The notes under the pieces were generated by a model. The model had not been told where the DNA came from and did not search any database. It saw only the letters and a program-made list of their open reading frames with translations. A DNA stretch of 64,000 nucleotides from the human T2T-CHM13v2.0 reference genome, Homo sapiens: assembly GCF_009914755.1 (NCBI RefSeq), contig NC_060934.1; one strand, 5' to 3'. A program made the position numbers and the translations under genes. The first letter of the stretch is position 1. Every line of letters begins with the position of its first letter. This document shows positions 27,613 through 43,125 of the stretch, piece by piece.

Positions 27613-29008
27613 CCCAGGGCTCGCTGTTCGAAATATACACCTGGCTGTTGGTCACAGGACTCACCAGAGAATGGCAGGTGGTGGCCAACTGGAGGAAGAA
27701 GGCCTCAGCTGATGCTGTCACCAGGGATGGGTTTATGTAAGGATGGGAGATAAGATAGAAGCCAGGTGTGCCCGATGGAGCTCCCTGTCTTCCTTCCCAC
27801 CCTTAGTCCTCAACCCAGCATGGACATTAAAGACAGGAAACTAGAAGGAGAGCAGAAAATGGGAAAAAGGCAACTGCACTGTGGCTTGTAAAAAGGACTC
27901 TGTAAGCAAATTTAGAAGCGTAGAGCTTCCAAAGTGAGAGTTTATTAATTTTCCTTTGGAGTACCGTGAAGCAGGAATGGTAGAGAAAACCTAAATTCTG
28001 TGGATGATTTATTTGTTAATTTAATATTTTGTTCCTGGAATTTTTAATAAAAGTACCTAGCAACTAGAATGTTCTCTTCAACTGAAATCAGAATTTTGAC
28101 TGGGTTTGAGTTGAAAGTTTCACAAGTGAAAGAAATGGGGCTAAAGTGTCTGAATGTCATGATTAAATTAACCATGTCCTTTAATGAGTGCTAGGAATGA
28201 GTCATTCCAAATACATTTGCATGTGGAAAACTTCATTGTATTTTCAAATGCCCTGTGGCAAATTGGGCATTAATTAGGATGAAGTAAAACTTCATCACGG
28301 CAATGTTGATTTTTCTTTTCACAATAGAACGTAATCTGAAGCAAAGTGAATACCTTGGCTAGCCAGACACCCCACTGTTCCTGGCAATTAACATATTACG
28401 TAAAGCTACATTTGCAGGTTCATTTTCTGGACCTCGGCATTTCAATTTAGGGTTTAAGGGTCTGAAAACGGGAATGAAAAATACATCATCAATACCTCTA
28501 GCTCTAACTTTCTTTTATCTTTGTTGTTATCTCCAAATCCAATAGCATTGCAAAGAATATGAATAAATCTGATCTCCCTCGCAGAACAGTGCACTTGGTG
28601 AACATTTCAGCAAATATTTGTTCATGATGTTAAAATGAAATCATGACCGTCTTTTAAAAATTAATGCTGTTCAACTATGTTGCATACACTTGAGGACATA
28701 AATGCGGAAAGCCAGATCTTAGCACTACCTAGCTACATATATCTATGGAGCAGGTGCTATAGGATAAATAATTCGAAGGAAATCTCAGTAAACTGTTTTT
28801 CTGGATGACATGATCTTTTCTTCTTATATGATGTGTACTTAGAGTTAGAAAGTTTTGGTCCTGCGAGGGATCTGAGACACCAACTAGCTCAACCTCTGGC
28901 CTTACAGATGAGATACCTGTGACTCAACGAGGTTATATGTGGACCAGTTTTTGGCAGAAGCTGAACTAGAACTAGCATTCCCAGACTCCTGGTTAAATAA
29001 AAATTTTA

Positions 29009-29323
29009 GGCAGGGTGCAGTGGCTCACACCTGTAATCCTAGCACTTTGGGAGACTGAGATGAAAGGATCGCTTAAGCTTAGGAGTTTGAGACCAGCCTG
29101 GGCAACAAAGTGAGACCTCGTCTACTACAAATTAAAACAATTAGCTGGGCATGATGGTACACACCTGTAGTCCCAGCTACTCAGGAGGCTGAGGTGGGAG
29201 GATCGCTTGAGCCTGGGAGATCTAGGCTGCAGTGAGCCATAATCTTACCACTGCACTCCAGCCTGGGCAATAGAGACCCTGTCTGACTGAATGAATGAAT
29301 GAATGAATGACCAACCAACCAAT
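29009..29323 (+). mobile_element. Alu (J-like) with a (GAAT)n(CCAA)n tail
   Basis: Sense Alu whose tail is replaced by tetranucleotide repeats. Confidence 0.9.
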
Positions 29324-30738
29324 CTTACCACTGGTGTCAACTCTGGAGTGCGCCACACGTGATCTTTGCTCCTTTCATTTGGTAGAGTTTCAGGGCAAGC
29401 TGCTTTTTCTATTTTCTCAGTGGTAATCAGTAGTGTGAGGTTACAGGGAAGGTTAAATTAGGTTACCACATGACAGTTACTTGATACAGAGCAGCAGGCA
29501 CCTGTTATGTTGGGTCCTTTATTTCTTCCCTCATCCTTTCATTAGGAAGAGAATATTTCTATAGGGTCAATCACAGATGCAGAAGAGGAGAGAGCTGCAT
29601 TGAGCCAATGACACCAGAATGTCTTCGTGACAGAGAGACCCCTTCGAAGAAGAGAAGAATAGAAAGGACAAGTGGGGTTCAGGTGGCCTGATTATACAGA
29701 CCACCCCCTTCATGCATGACCCCAAAGGGCTTACCATTTGGGTTTGCGGGTTTGGGGTTGCCTAATGATTTGGGGAAGTCTTTACAAGGTTGTGATGGAA
29801 ACAGAGGGAGATTGGTGTCATGGATCTCCATGGAGCAAGGAGGAAAATCCAGTCTTACAGACCCTTGAGTCCTGCTCACGTGGCTCAGAGAATATTCCCA
29901 CCATCCCCTGCTTCCTCCTCAGTTAGGCATAGCTCTCCACTCAGCAGCTTAGGGTAGCAGCTTCAAACACCAAGCTGTAGGCCATGCATGACTGAGAAAA
30001 GTTTTCACCGGAGGCAAAATGAGAACACTAACTCCAACATAAAGAATTTTTCACTAGATCAAACCTGAAATTGTGTTTGCTTCCCCCTTTTTTGGTATTA
30101 AAGTATCTTTCCTTTCTTATGGTAAAAAAATGATACCACAGAGAGTAAGATTTCTTTAATGCCTCTTACTTTGCAAAATAAAATCAACATCCTTGTATTG
30201 TAACCCCTCATAAATTTGGGGGAAATATTTCTTTAGAAATTTTCATCTATGAAATATAAAATAATGGGAACTATGATTATGGAAATAAGCTCCAGAGAGT
30301 TTAGCTTTCTCCATGGTTCTTACTAATATGAATATGTGAGCATCCTAGCAGCTTAGCCAGGAGGAACCATTAGAATTGGTGTTGGTCAGCGGTGGTTTGC
30401 TTGTAAGGCACCGTTATCCCAAACTAGTGCAAGAACAAAAACTGAATTAATTGAAGGAATTCATTGGAAGGACCCCACAGTGTACTGGAAACAGAAAGTG
30501 GGAAGCCCAGGAGACCCCAGATGGCTGCTGTCTTATCTTTTGTGCTCTCTGAAGATCGTGGGGGTCTCACATCTCTGTTTTTTAATACAGATTCGCTTTA
30601 TTTTTTTTCTCTGCACTTTTTTCTGTTTCACTTTTCCTGTCCACGTTAACCACAGCTTCAAGTTGAAAACTAAGTTGTTTCAAGTTCTCCGTAGACATTG
30701 ACTAATAGATCCTCTGTCCCAGATCTAAATTTACAATT

Positions 30739-30870
30739 GAGAGTTTAATTGGACCAGCTAAGTTCAGGTAACTACTTCTTGACCCAATCAGGAAAGACAT
30801 TTCCAGGGGCGAGAATTTGATTGATCCAGCTAAGATCAGGTGACTACTGTTCAGTCCAATCAGGAAAGAC
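30739..30870. repeat. Two-copy diverged tandem repeat (period 72), probably inside an old ERVL LTR remnant
   Basis: Copies at 30739-30798 and 30811-30870 share ccagctaag.tcaggt.actact...ccaatcaggaaagac. Confidence 0.8.
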
Positions 30871-32298
30871 CAGGCTGGGAGTGGGTAGCCCTGTACTTTA
30901 TTGCCCAGTTCAGAGCAACCCTCGCACCTCCCTCACCTACACTCTTCCTCCTCCCCTGATGCCCCTTTAAACTCAGCAGTTACTGCCCCAGACTCCTTCT
31001 GCACCCAGGGTGATGTGCCTCTTCATTCTTCCTGTCCATCTATTGCATATATATTATCTTTTGCCCCCATATAGACCTTACATGCTTGACGAGCTCAAGA
31101 ACTTTTATCTCTGGTCCACTTTTACCCATGGTGCCTAGCACTGTTCCAAAATGCTATTTTGACTTTTTTTTTTTTCCAGCATATCAGATCACAGGGTATC
31201 TGGCACAAGTGTCAGCAATTTCCATTGTCTTTTCTCTGAACTAAATGATGTCTCAGCAGCAAGCTGGCATCAGAGGGGAGGGTACTGCGTGTGAGGAGAC
31301 TGCTAATATGTAGTGATCGTTTTCAGTGAGAACGTGAATAACAACAAAAAGAGGAGTTTACATTTGGAGCTAAATAGCTATGATTAGGAAGTGAGGGGAG
31401 AAAAAATATATAGCCCTGCATCTCTGATTTTTCTACTTACCTACCACTACGATGACCCTGAACAAGAAACAGAGATTTGATTTTGATTTTCTTCAAGGAT
31501 TATTACCTTCTGCAATGGAAAATGACAACTCATCAAATGTATGGTTTCTGCCGTGAGCTATAAAGATGACCAAAAGGCAGAGGTTATAAATGTAGCCATG
31601 TTGCTTAAAGTAATATTATTTCTTGGCTATCTTGCTAAACTGAATCTACCTTCTTTAAAAAAAAAATGTCAGGAATGAGGACATCATACCTTGATATTCT
31701 GCTGAGCACAGTAAGGAGGAAGCTACTTCACTGAGGACCACGTGAATTTGTCTAAATCTTGGTGAACTGGGCAGTGATTTAGGGATAATTTTCCTGGTCA
31801 AATACTTGTAATGTGTGTCAAAGCCAGATCCCCATAACAGAAGCAGACTTTGTAAAAAATAAATCTAGGAATGCACCACTTTGGGGACTTGCACAGAAAA
31901 ATTAACCAAAGGAGACAATTTCACTGTTAATGCATGTCCTTTCTGGTCATGATATTGGCATATCTTTGCTGAGTTTCCTGTAGAACACCCAGTCATCTCC
32001 TTGAAGCCACATCCCTTAAGAAACACAGGGCGGAAGGTACTGACCTTATCCCTGCTTTCCTCTATGGGAAGGTCCTGAGAGGCATGTAGGAAGGTGTGAT
32101 TGTCTGGATAATGCAATTGGTTCTGTTGAGAGGGGTCGTCTTGTACTTTTAGCAAGAAGCTGCTCATCCCATTCTCAAAGGGTACTGCTAGAGTATCAGG
32201 CACACCTTGGGCATCCCTGAAACAAATCTGTAGCCCAAAACTCAAGGCAGGACTGGCTAAAGAATTGTCAGGGTACCTTGTTCAAAAATCATTAATAA

Positions 32299-32677
<379 letters not shown>

Positions 32678-32872
32678 TCAATTTACTCTGGTATTAGTAG
32701 CTCATCCATCTAGGGTGCGTAGAAGAGTATACAGTCCCATCTGTTGTGAAAGCACTGTTAGAATTTGTCGGGCAAAAGGAATTGTTTTGCTGTCACTTTC
32801 TTATAATGTGGCTTGTCCTCAACTCCCTGTTCAAAATGCACCACATAAGTCAAACAATAAAAATCTTAATGG

Positions 32873-33146
32873 AGACCAGGTGCAGCGGGTCACGCCTATA
32901 ATCCTAGCACTTTGGGAGGCCGAGGCAGGCGGATCACCTGAGGTCAGGAGTTCAAGAGTACTCAAAGTACTCAAAGCCTGGCCATCATGGTGAAACCCCA
33001 TCTCTGCTAAAAAACACAAAAACTAGCCAGGCATGTTGGGGCACACCTGTAGTCCCAGTTATTCAGGAGGCTGAGGCACAAGAATTGCTTGAAAACCGGA
33101 GGTGGAGGTTGTAGTGAGCCGATCTCACACCACTGCACTCTGGCAA

Positions 33147-33177
<31 letters not shown>

Positions 33178-33180
33178 ATA
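32873..33180 (+). mobile_element. Alu (S-like) with a (TAAA)n tail
   Basis: Sense Alu with an internal duplication of agtactcaa. Confidence 0.95.
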
Positions 33181-33394
33181 CAATGGAACACTTAAGGGCA
33201 ATGTTATTTTCCGGTAATTTTCACAACTGATACTTTGACCCACTGGGTCTTTAGTTTTCCCTATCTAACCCTTGTGATGGACTGTTACCCCTTGCCATAT
33301 TATTTTTCCAGATTAATAGAAATGGCATTGGACATATTTTCCACACGATTAATAATAGTCTATTTTCCCACTTTCTTTAAAATGCCTTTTGCAG

Positions 33395-33593
33395 ACAAGG
33401 AGCCCCAAACTGTCTCACAGTCCTCAACCACCCAGTCTGGGTGACCCGGTCGAGCATTTATCAGAGACGTCCGGTGATTCTTTGGAAGCCATGTCTGAGG
33501 GGGATGCTCCAACCCCTTTTTCCAGAGGCAGCCGGACTCGTGCGAGCCTTCCTGTGGTGAGGTCAACCAACCAGACGAAAGAAAGATCTCTGG
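33395..33593 (+). CDS. KIAA1217: KIAA1217 (SKT) internal coding exon, 199 nt, phase 0 to phase 1 (probably exon 3, about codons 119-185)
   Basis: Acceptor ...ccttttgcag| and donor G|gtaagc. Translates TRSPKLSHSPQPPSLGDPVEHLSETSGDSLEAMSEGDAPTPFSRGSRTRASLPVVRSTNQTKERSL(G), which I recognise as the SKT N-terminal region (paralog of SRCIN1). Confidence 0.95.
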
Positions 33594-33880
33594 GTAAGCT
33601 TTAGAAGGCAGTTTCTGATGCCCCTTTCTTACTGAATGCGTTTGTTGTTATACTACTGAACCTATACTCTTTCATTCAACATTAATTTGATCTTGATTTG
33701 CAAATACTCTAGTGCTGGGAAACTTCATTGGTTTAATATCAAGCATTGAGGATTTGCCTGCTGGGTAATCAGGTCAAGTGCAAGCTGATTTTGAGGCTGG
33801 GCACATTCAGAAGTGGTTGGGATTAGCAATTCAAGCCAAGAGGCTAGTAGTATTTTACCTATGTTCCTGCTACTATACAG

Positions 33881-34214
33881 CAGGAGTCCCCAGTCCCCAG
33901 GCCATGGACCAGTACCAGTCTGTGGCCTGTTAGGAAACAGACCACACAGCAAGAGGTGAGCAGAGGATGAGCAAGCATTACCGCCTGAGCTCCGCCTCCT
34001 GTCAGATCAGCTGTGGCATCCGCTTCTCATAGGAGCTGAACCCTATTATGAACTGCATGAGTGAGGGATCTAGGTTGCATGCTCCTTATGAGAATCTAAC
34101 TAATGCCTGATGATCCGAGATGGAGCAGTTTCATTCCGAAACCATCTGCCATCCATGGAAAAACTGTCTTTCATGAAACCAGTCCCTGGTGCCAAAAAAA
34201 ATTAGGGACCAGTG
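33881..34214 (+). mobile_element. MER1B-like hAT DNA transposon
   Basis: Termini caggagtcccc / gggaccagtg; 8-bp TSD ctatacag / ctctatag; length about 334 bp. Confidence 0.85.
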
Positions 34215-35299
34215 CTCTATAGGAAATTGTGAGGAACTGACCGTAGAATGATCCTCTTCTCACCTTGCAACCCTCCTCTCCAGTCCCAGAGGCCAGGACA
34301 GTTGGCATTTGTACCCAGTGGTGTGGGTTTCCACCAGCCCTGCTGCACCTGTCTGGTAGTCCAGTGGAGGAGATGACAAAAAGGGACAATGTGGCTAACA
34401 TCTGCATGACTGTTCATAAGAACCATAAACACGAGGCTGTTCCCACTACCGCGTGAAAGGATAGAGGGGCTTGGTGTGTGTAGGGCACAGCTTTTCTGAA
34501 AGGCAGAAGGATTCTTTTTATGATTTTACCACGTATCATTTCCTTTTTTTTTTTTTTGTATTGGAAGTTCACTTTCTATCTTGCTTTGCTTTTTTAATTG
34601 CTTTTTTTGGCGCTTTAACAAAATGGACAAGTCGTGAGGATTTAGACCTCTCTGTCAAGGGGGCAGATGTTTCTTATGCTTCATTGCCATGTTAAGGTTC
34701 TGATTTGCGTACTTGTGTTTGCAAACAGATGGGCTTGGGGATAAGAGGGGACAGGAAAAGAGTCAACATGCAAAAGCCTTCAGAGTCTAGCACGTGCAAA
34801 AGACAGCTGAACTCTGCCATGTAAAACTGAGCAAATGCCTTGCTGGGAGAAGAAAGAAAAAGATTGATGTGAGAGAAGGTACCCTGATTTTAGTTCCTTT
34901 GCTGCAGATAATGACCCAAGCAGACTGAATTCAGACATTGTCCTAGCTGTCCTAAAAAAAACCCCTACAACTTTGTTATTATTTGTATTATCAATATTAA
35001 TATTTAGCATTAAATTTTGTGTCAAATTAAATTTTGATCAAATTAAGATCAAATTAAAATTTGATCTTAGGTTAGTAATCTAGGATCCTCATTGTATAAA
35101 TGAGAGAAGACCACAGAAAATGTGCTTTTTGTTTATATGTGTGTTTGCTTGTTTGAGCTCACACACTTAATTAAATGGCAGCAGTGGGAAGTCCAGGGCT
35201 CCAGTTCCCATTAACATGATCTTACAAATGAAGGGACAAGGACACACAGGGGAGGGACACACCCAAGGAGCATCATGGGCCAAGACAGTGTCAAGATGA

Positions 35300-35860
<561 letters not shown>

Positions 35861-36809
35861 TAATGGATCTTTTGTCTTAAAGGAAGGAATTTCCTCTGCA
35901 GCCAAGAACGGTTGGCAGTGCAGGTTGAGACTTGCTGGGTTCAGGAACCAAGCCTTGGGGCAGAGAGGCTGCAGGAGCTGGGGCCGGCTTGCCCAAGGAA
36001 TGGCTGAGGGTGGCGGGTGTTTTCGCACGGGGTGGCCACGCTTCTGCAAATTGCTCCATTTTACTCAGCATCCTTTGCTGTAGAGTGCCGGTGTGCTGTC
36101 ACAGCAGGCTGAAAAATGCATCTGACCTGTTTATTCTGCCCTCCCTGTGAGGGGCTTTTTGGCCTGCCATTTTTCACTACTCCTGGATAGAAACAAAGGA
36201 ACACAGTAAGAGGAGAGGAGAGAAATGAGAAGTTTCTTGCCAAAGCCAAGGGAAGCTCTGGTTCCAGAAAATGAGGCTGGCACTGGGCCAGCTGGGTTGA
36301 TGTTGCCCTTGACCGCCTCTTTGTGGCCGATTGGGGAATGTCCCCCCAGCCGCACCTGGCCCTTATGGCGTAATCCAGTTGAGCCTGGACGGGAAATAAA
36401 AAGGAAAATGTGACTCACAGCAAATGCAAATGCAGTCTCCCTCCCAGGGGCCTTGCTCAGCTTAGTCTTTGGGAAACTCCCCGCCTGCCTGGCCTTATTT
36501 AACACACAGACGCACGGGTTCCTGGGATAAACAGTGCTCCCCAGAGAGCCCCGGCCACGAGCAGGGTGTCTACCAGCACCTGGGTGGCCCAGAAGCACAG
36601 CTGCAACTCCATGGGGCCTCAGATATGCCGACTGGATACTTTGAGCTGTAACCCCCCTGGAAACCCGCTGTTGATGCCATCTGGAAGCCCTGGGTGTCTT
36701 TTGGCATCTGTATGTTGTCACTTTATCTCAATCCATAGAGTTTTAAGTTCTCTCATGAAGCCCTGTTGATCTTGCCTTTATTTAAAATTTTGATGGTTTA
36801 TCATGAATT

Positions 36810-37057
36810 TTTTTATCATTTTGTTTTTTAGGAGCAATTTTTTAGGTTTGTAACAAGATCGAGCAGAAAGTACAGACAGTTCCCATACACCCTTGGCCTC
36901 CACGCATGAACAGCCTCCCCCATGATCAGCATACCCTACTAGAGTGGTACGTTTGTTACGATCAATGAAATGAGACCGACACATTGATATCACCCAGAGT
37001 CCATAGTTTACACTGGGGTTCACTCTTGGTGTTGTACATTCCATGGATTTGGACAAA
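36810..37057 (-). mobile_element. Old L1M (L1MB/MC-like) 3'-end fragment, abruptly truncated
   Basis: gagcagaaagtacagacagttcccatacacc...cactcttggtgttgtacattccatggatttggacaaa. Confidence 0.75.
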
Positions 37058-37094
37058 GAGGCTGTCAAGGGCAACATCAACCCAGCTGGCCCAG

Positions 37095-37359
37095 TGTCGC
37101 CCAGGCTGGAGTGCAGTGGAACGATCTCGGCTCACCGCAATCTCTGTCTCCCGGGTTCACGCCATTCTCCTGCCTCAGCCTCCTGAGTAGCTGGGACTGC
37201 AGGCACCTGCCACCACGCCTGGCTAATTTTTTAGTATTTTTAGTAGAGACCAGGTTTCACCGTGTTAGCCAGGATGGTCTCGATCTCCTGACCTCGTGAT
37301 CCGCCTGCCTTGGCCTCCTAAAGTGCTGGGATTACTGGCGTGAGCCACCACACCCACCT
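37095..37359 (-). mobile_element. AluY lacking its 3' end and poly-A tail
   Basis: Y diagnostics (gttcacgccattctc, ttagccaggatggtctcgatc); begins at tgtcgcccagg with no T-run. Confidence 0.9.
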
Positions 37360-37361
37360 GC

Positions 37362-37478
37362 TTTTTAAAATTATTGCACAAAGACATTATTTATCATGAT
37401 CACTGAGCTTTTGGGAGACCCTTAAATTTTGCACTGGAGGTATGCGTCTTGTTGACCTCACCCCAGTGCTGGCCCCTC
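37362..37478 (-). mobile_element. MER96-like hAT fragment (one end only)
   Basis: cccttaaattttgcac...cctcaccccagtgctggccc resembles the recalled MER96B terminus. Confidence 0.5.
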
Positions 37479-39084
37479 ATGTAACCCCAGGAGCATCAGA
37501 TACTGTTACTGCCAGCCCCCAGCCACGGGGCCTGGAGTAAGGAGAGTGAGGAAAGCCCAGTTCCCGGCCTGTACACTGGCACGTGGTGCCACAGTTTGTC
37601 ACTGGAGTCCTTCCCCAGCTCAGGCAGCACAGAAAGGGGAGGGCTAGGCAACTTGAGGGTGGAGCCAGGACAAGATGGAATCCTCACACCACTCCGGCTC
37701 CTGAGAGGAGAGGAAGCCTTCCCTCACTTCAGTCTGCCTGTGCCTGGAGATAAACCTGCCTGCCTCTTAGTTTCTCCACTTGAATAAGTCCTCATTTCTA
37801 TTGCTTCAGTGTATTTGGGGGCTGGGAGAAATGCAGGAAGGCTGAGCATGGTGCATTTCACAAATGGTGTTAAAAGACATGCAAGAGAAAGTGTGGGGAA
37901 CAGTAGCTGTGTTTTGGACCCGTCTTAGACATCACTGGTGTCTGTGTAATGGTCTCCCTCGGGTGCTGTCCTGGGATGCAAGGTGTCTACTTCTCATTTG
38001 GGAGAAGCATTTTGACATTCAGACAGAGCCAAGTGACAGCAACACACAAGTCCTTTCTGAGTCTTAGAGCCTAGAAATTTACAAAGAAGAAAGGTAAAGA
38101 AAGAAATTGATGGGTTCAGCAGCACTGACTTATCCCAACGCCAGGTTCCAACAACCTATCGTGTCTAAATCTGTACTTCCACAGAGTGATGGGTTCCCTG
38201 CCCTTTCCTCTCATCCAGAGCCCAGCTGAAATTCTTTTCAGTGGAATTTATGCCACTTCTCCTTTACTCTCTCTTCAGTGAAAATAGAGAAGACCAGGAG
38301 AAAGGAAGACTAAAAAGTAAAGTGAAAACCGCCTTCCAATAGAATTTGGTTGCAGAAATAATTTCCATGAAAAATGGTCGGGCTGATATTAGGTCTGGAG
38401 TCTTAATGATGGAGTAGTTTCCTTTTAATCATGGTGCTGTCTTAGAAATGCCTGTCTGGAATGTGACCATGGGCGGGGGTTGGTGTCTGGCCACTGCGTA
38501 GTCGGCCTTCGGGGAAAGGGTAGCCACAGGATGTTCCCACTCTTCTGTGAGCCCTCAGGAATTTGAAAATAAGACTCATGTGAAAACAGGAACAACAGCA
38601 GCAACTTCTTGATGCAGACAGATTCCTTTGTTGACCATATTCTGAATGCATAGCTTTAGAAAAGAGACCTCACTGACCAGCCCGGCAGCCAGAGGAGTTC
38701 CCATTTCTGCAACAAACTGCCTCTGAAACACTCAGACTGAAAAAGCAAAAATGATCTTAAGTGGCATAGGAGGATTTTAGACTGGTTAGAGGGAGAAGTT
38801 CCTCAGGGGGACGAATTATTGAATATCTATGTGGCTGTTCTTTTATTCCAACATGATTAACTTTGATGCTTATCATTCCCTATGGGAATTTAAGGAAAAG
38901 AAGGCTCATAATTGCCAGAATCTTCCATCCTTTGTACATGCAAGGCTGAGTAGGAAATCAGGGCAAAGGAATTGATGAATTGTCTGTCTCTAAAGATGAA
39001 AACAAAGAGGGGGCAACAACTGTAAGACTAATGTGAGACTGTCTGAATGTGAACAGTTATTTCTTGAATATTCAAAAATAAATC

Positions 39085-39398
39085 TATTTTATTTATTTAT
39101 TTATTTATTTAGAGACAGGGTCTTTCTCTGTTGCCCAGGCTGGAGTACAGTGGCACAAACATAGCTCACTGCAGCCTTGAAGTCCCTGACTCAAGCAATC
39201 CTCCCACCTCATCCTCCTGAGTAGCTGGGACTACAAGTGCACACCACCATGCCCAGCTAATTTTTCTGTTTTTATTTTTTTTTAGAAATGGGGTCTTGCT
39301 GTGTTTTCTGCTGGTCTCAAACACCTGGCCTCAAGTGATCCTCCCACATTGGCCTCTTAAAATGCTGGGATTACAGGCATGGGCCACTGCACCTGGCC
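39085..39398 (-). mobile_element. Alu (J-like)
   Basis: Antisense Alu with a (TTTA)n tail. Confidence 0.9.
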
Positions 39399-39604
39399 CA
39401 AAAGATAAAAGAATTTTAAACAAATGAAAAGAAGTATTGCTCTGTAGAGTAAGTGAAACATTTATGAAATTTGTTTTTTCTAAGACCTTGTAGTTATTGA
39501 AAAGTAATACTGTAAAAACAAAAATTCGCAGAAGAGAGTTTCATAGCAGGTCAATAAGTTCATGGTCAGGCTCTTAGGCTGCTAGCATAGAAAATGTCAG
39601 AGCA

Positions 39605-42118
<2,514 letters not shown>

Positions 42119-42972
42119 AAAATGTCAGAGCATTCTCTCTAGCATCAGAACCAGCGCCCTGGCCTAAGTAGCTGGGAGTGGGTGGTTAGGGTGTCTGGCT
42201 GGAATCACCCATACCAGTCTCTTCCTAGTGCACCTGCTGCTACCACTGAGGCTGGAAAGCAGATTCTTTCTGGAATATCCAATGTGCTGGGTTCTGGAAG
42301 GTGAGAAGCAAGGCAGTTGTGGAGACTTGGGTTTTTTGTTTTGTTTTGTTTTGTTTTTTTTCAGCATTATTTGCCAAGCTCCCAGGGCACGGCCACCAGC
42401 TTGATCGGGTTGAGACTGCTGGGGCAGGCATCCATCTCTCTAGTACTGAAGTGAAGGTGAGGCCCAACTCTGCATCTGTGCTGGCAGCTTCCAATCAAGG
42501 CAGCATGGCTTTGGAATCACACCTGACCAGAGTTTAAGGAAGCTTCCTCTTTACCAGACCAGGTCTATAGTCACCCAGTTTTACTGTGAAGATTCATCCC
42601 AGTGATTCTGCAAGCCATTTAATGAATCCATTTTTTTTAACTGGCTGAACCAGTTCAGTTCTCTACAACTGATCTCTGACTGCACAGGGGCCTAACTTAT
42701 TATATTTGTAGATATTGTAGTGCTGCCTGTTCTGTGTGTTTCAGGAAATAGGACAAGTGCTGGAGGGTATAGGTTGATGACTTCTGGAGGCTTGGCAGGG
42801 AGCTGTAAGTGTGGTTTTCAAACTATGTTCTAGAGAACATGGAAGTTCTATATTATAAATACTGCAATTTCATGTAAGATCTCATTTGAAAAATGAGCTG
42901 ATGCTAAACTGGTAAAAAATACAATAAAATAAAACCGATACACACAATAAAAATTAAATAGGCCAGTAGTAT

Positions 42973-43125
42973 GGGGGAAAAAAGGAGGGAGGGAGAGAGG
43001 GAGGGAGGGAAGGAAGGAAGGAAGGCAGGAAGGAAGGAAGGAAGGAAGGAAGGAAGGAAAATTATGAGGAAATTTCAAAAGAAAGAGAGGGAGAAAGAGA
43101 GAGGGAGGGAGGGAAGGAAGGAAAT
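42973..43125. repeat. GA-rich simple repeat, (GGAA/GGGA)n
   Basis: Direct observation. Confidence 0.9.

Noticed and set aside
31180-31195. 16-nt microexon-like ttccag|CATATCAGATCACAGG|gtatct
   Set aside because: Weak donor, frameshifting, and the tract is a simple poly-T run.
36131-36721. 196-aa minus-strand ORF in unique DNA
   Set aside because: No recognisable domain and no canonical ATG start; expected by chance in a GC-richer patch.
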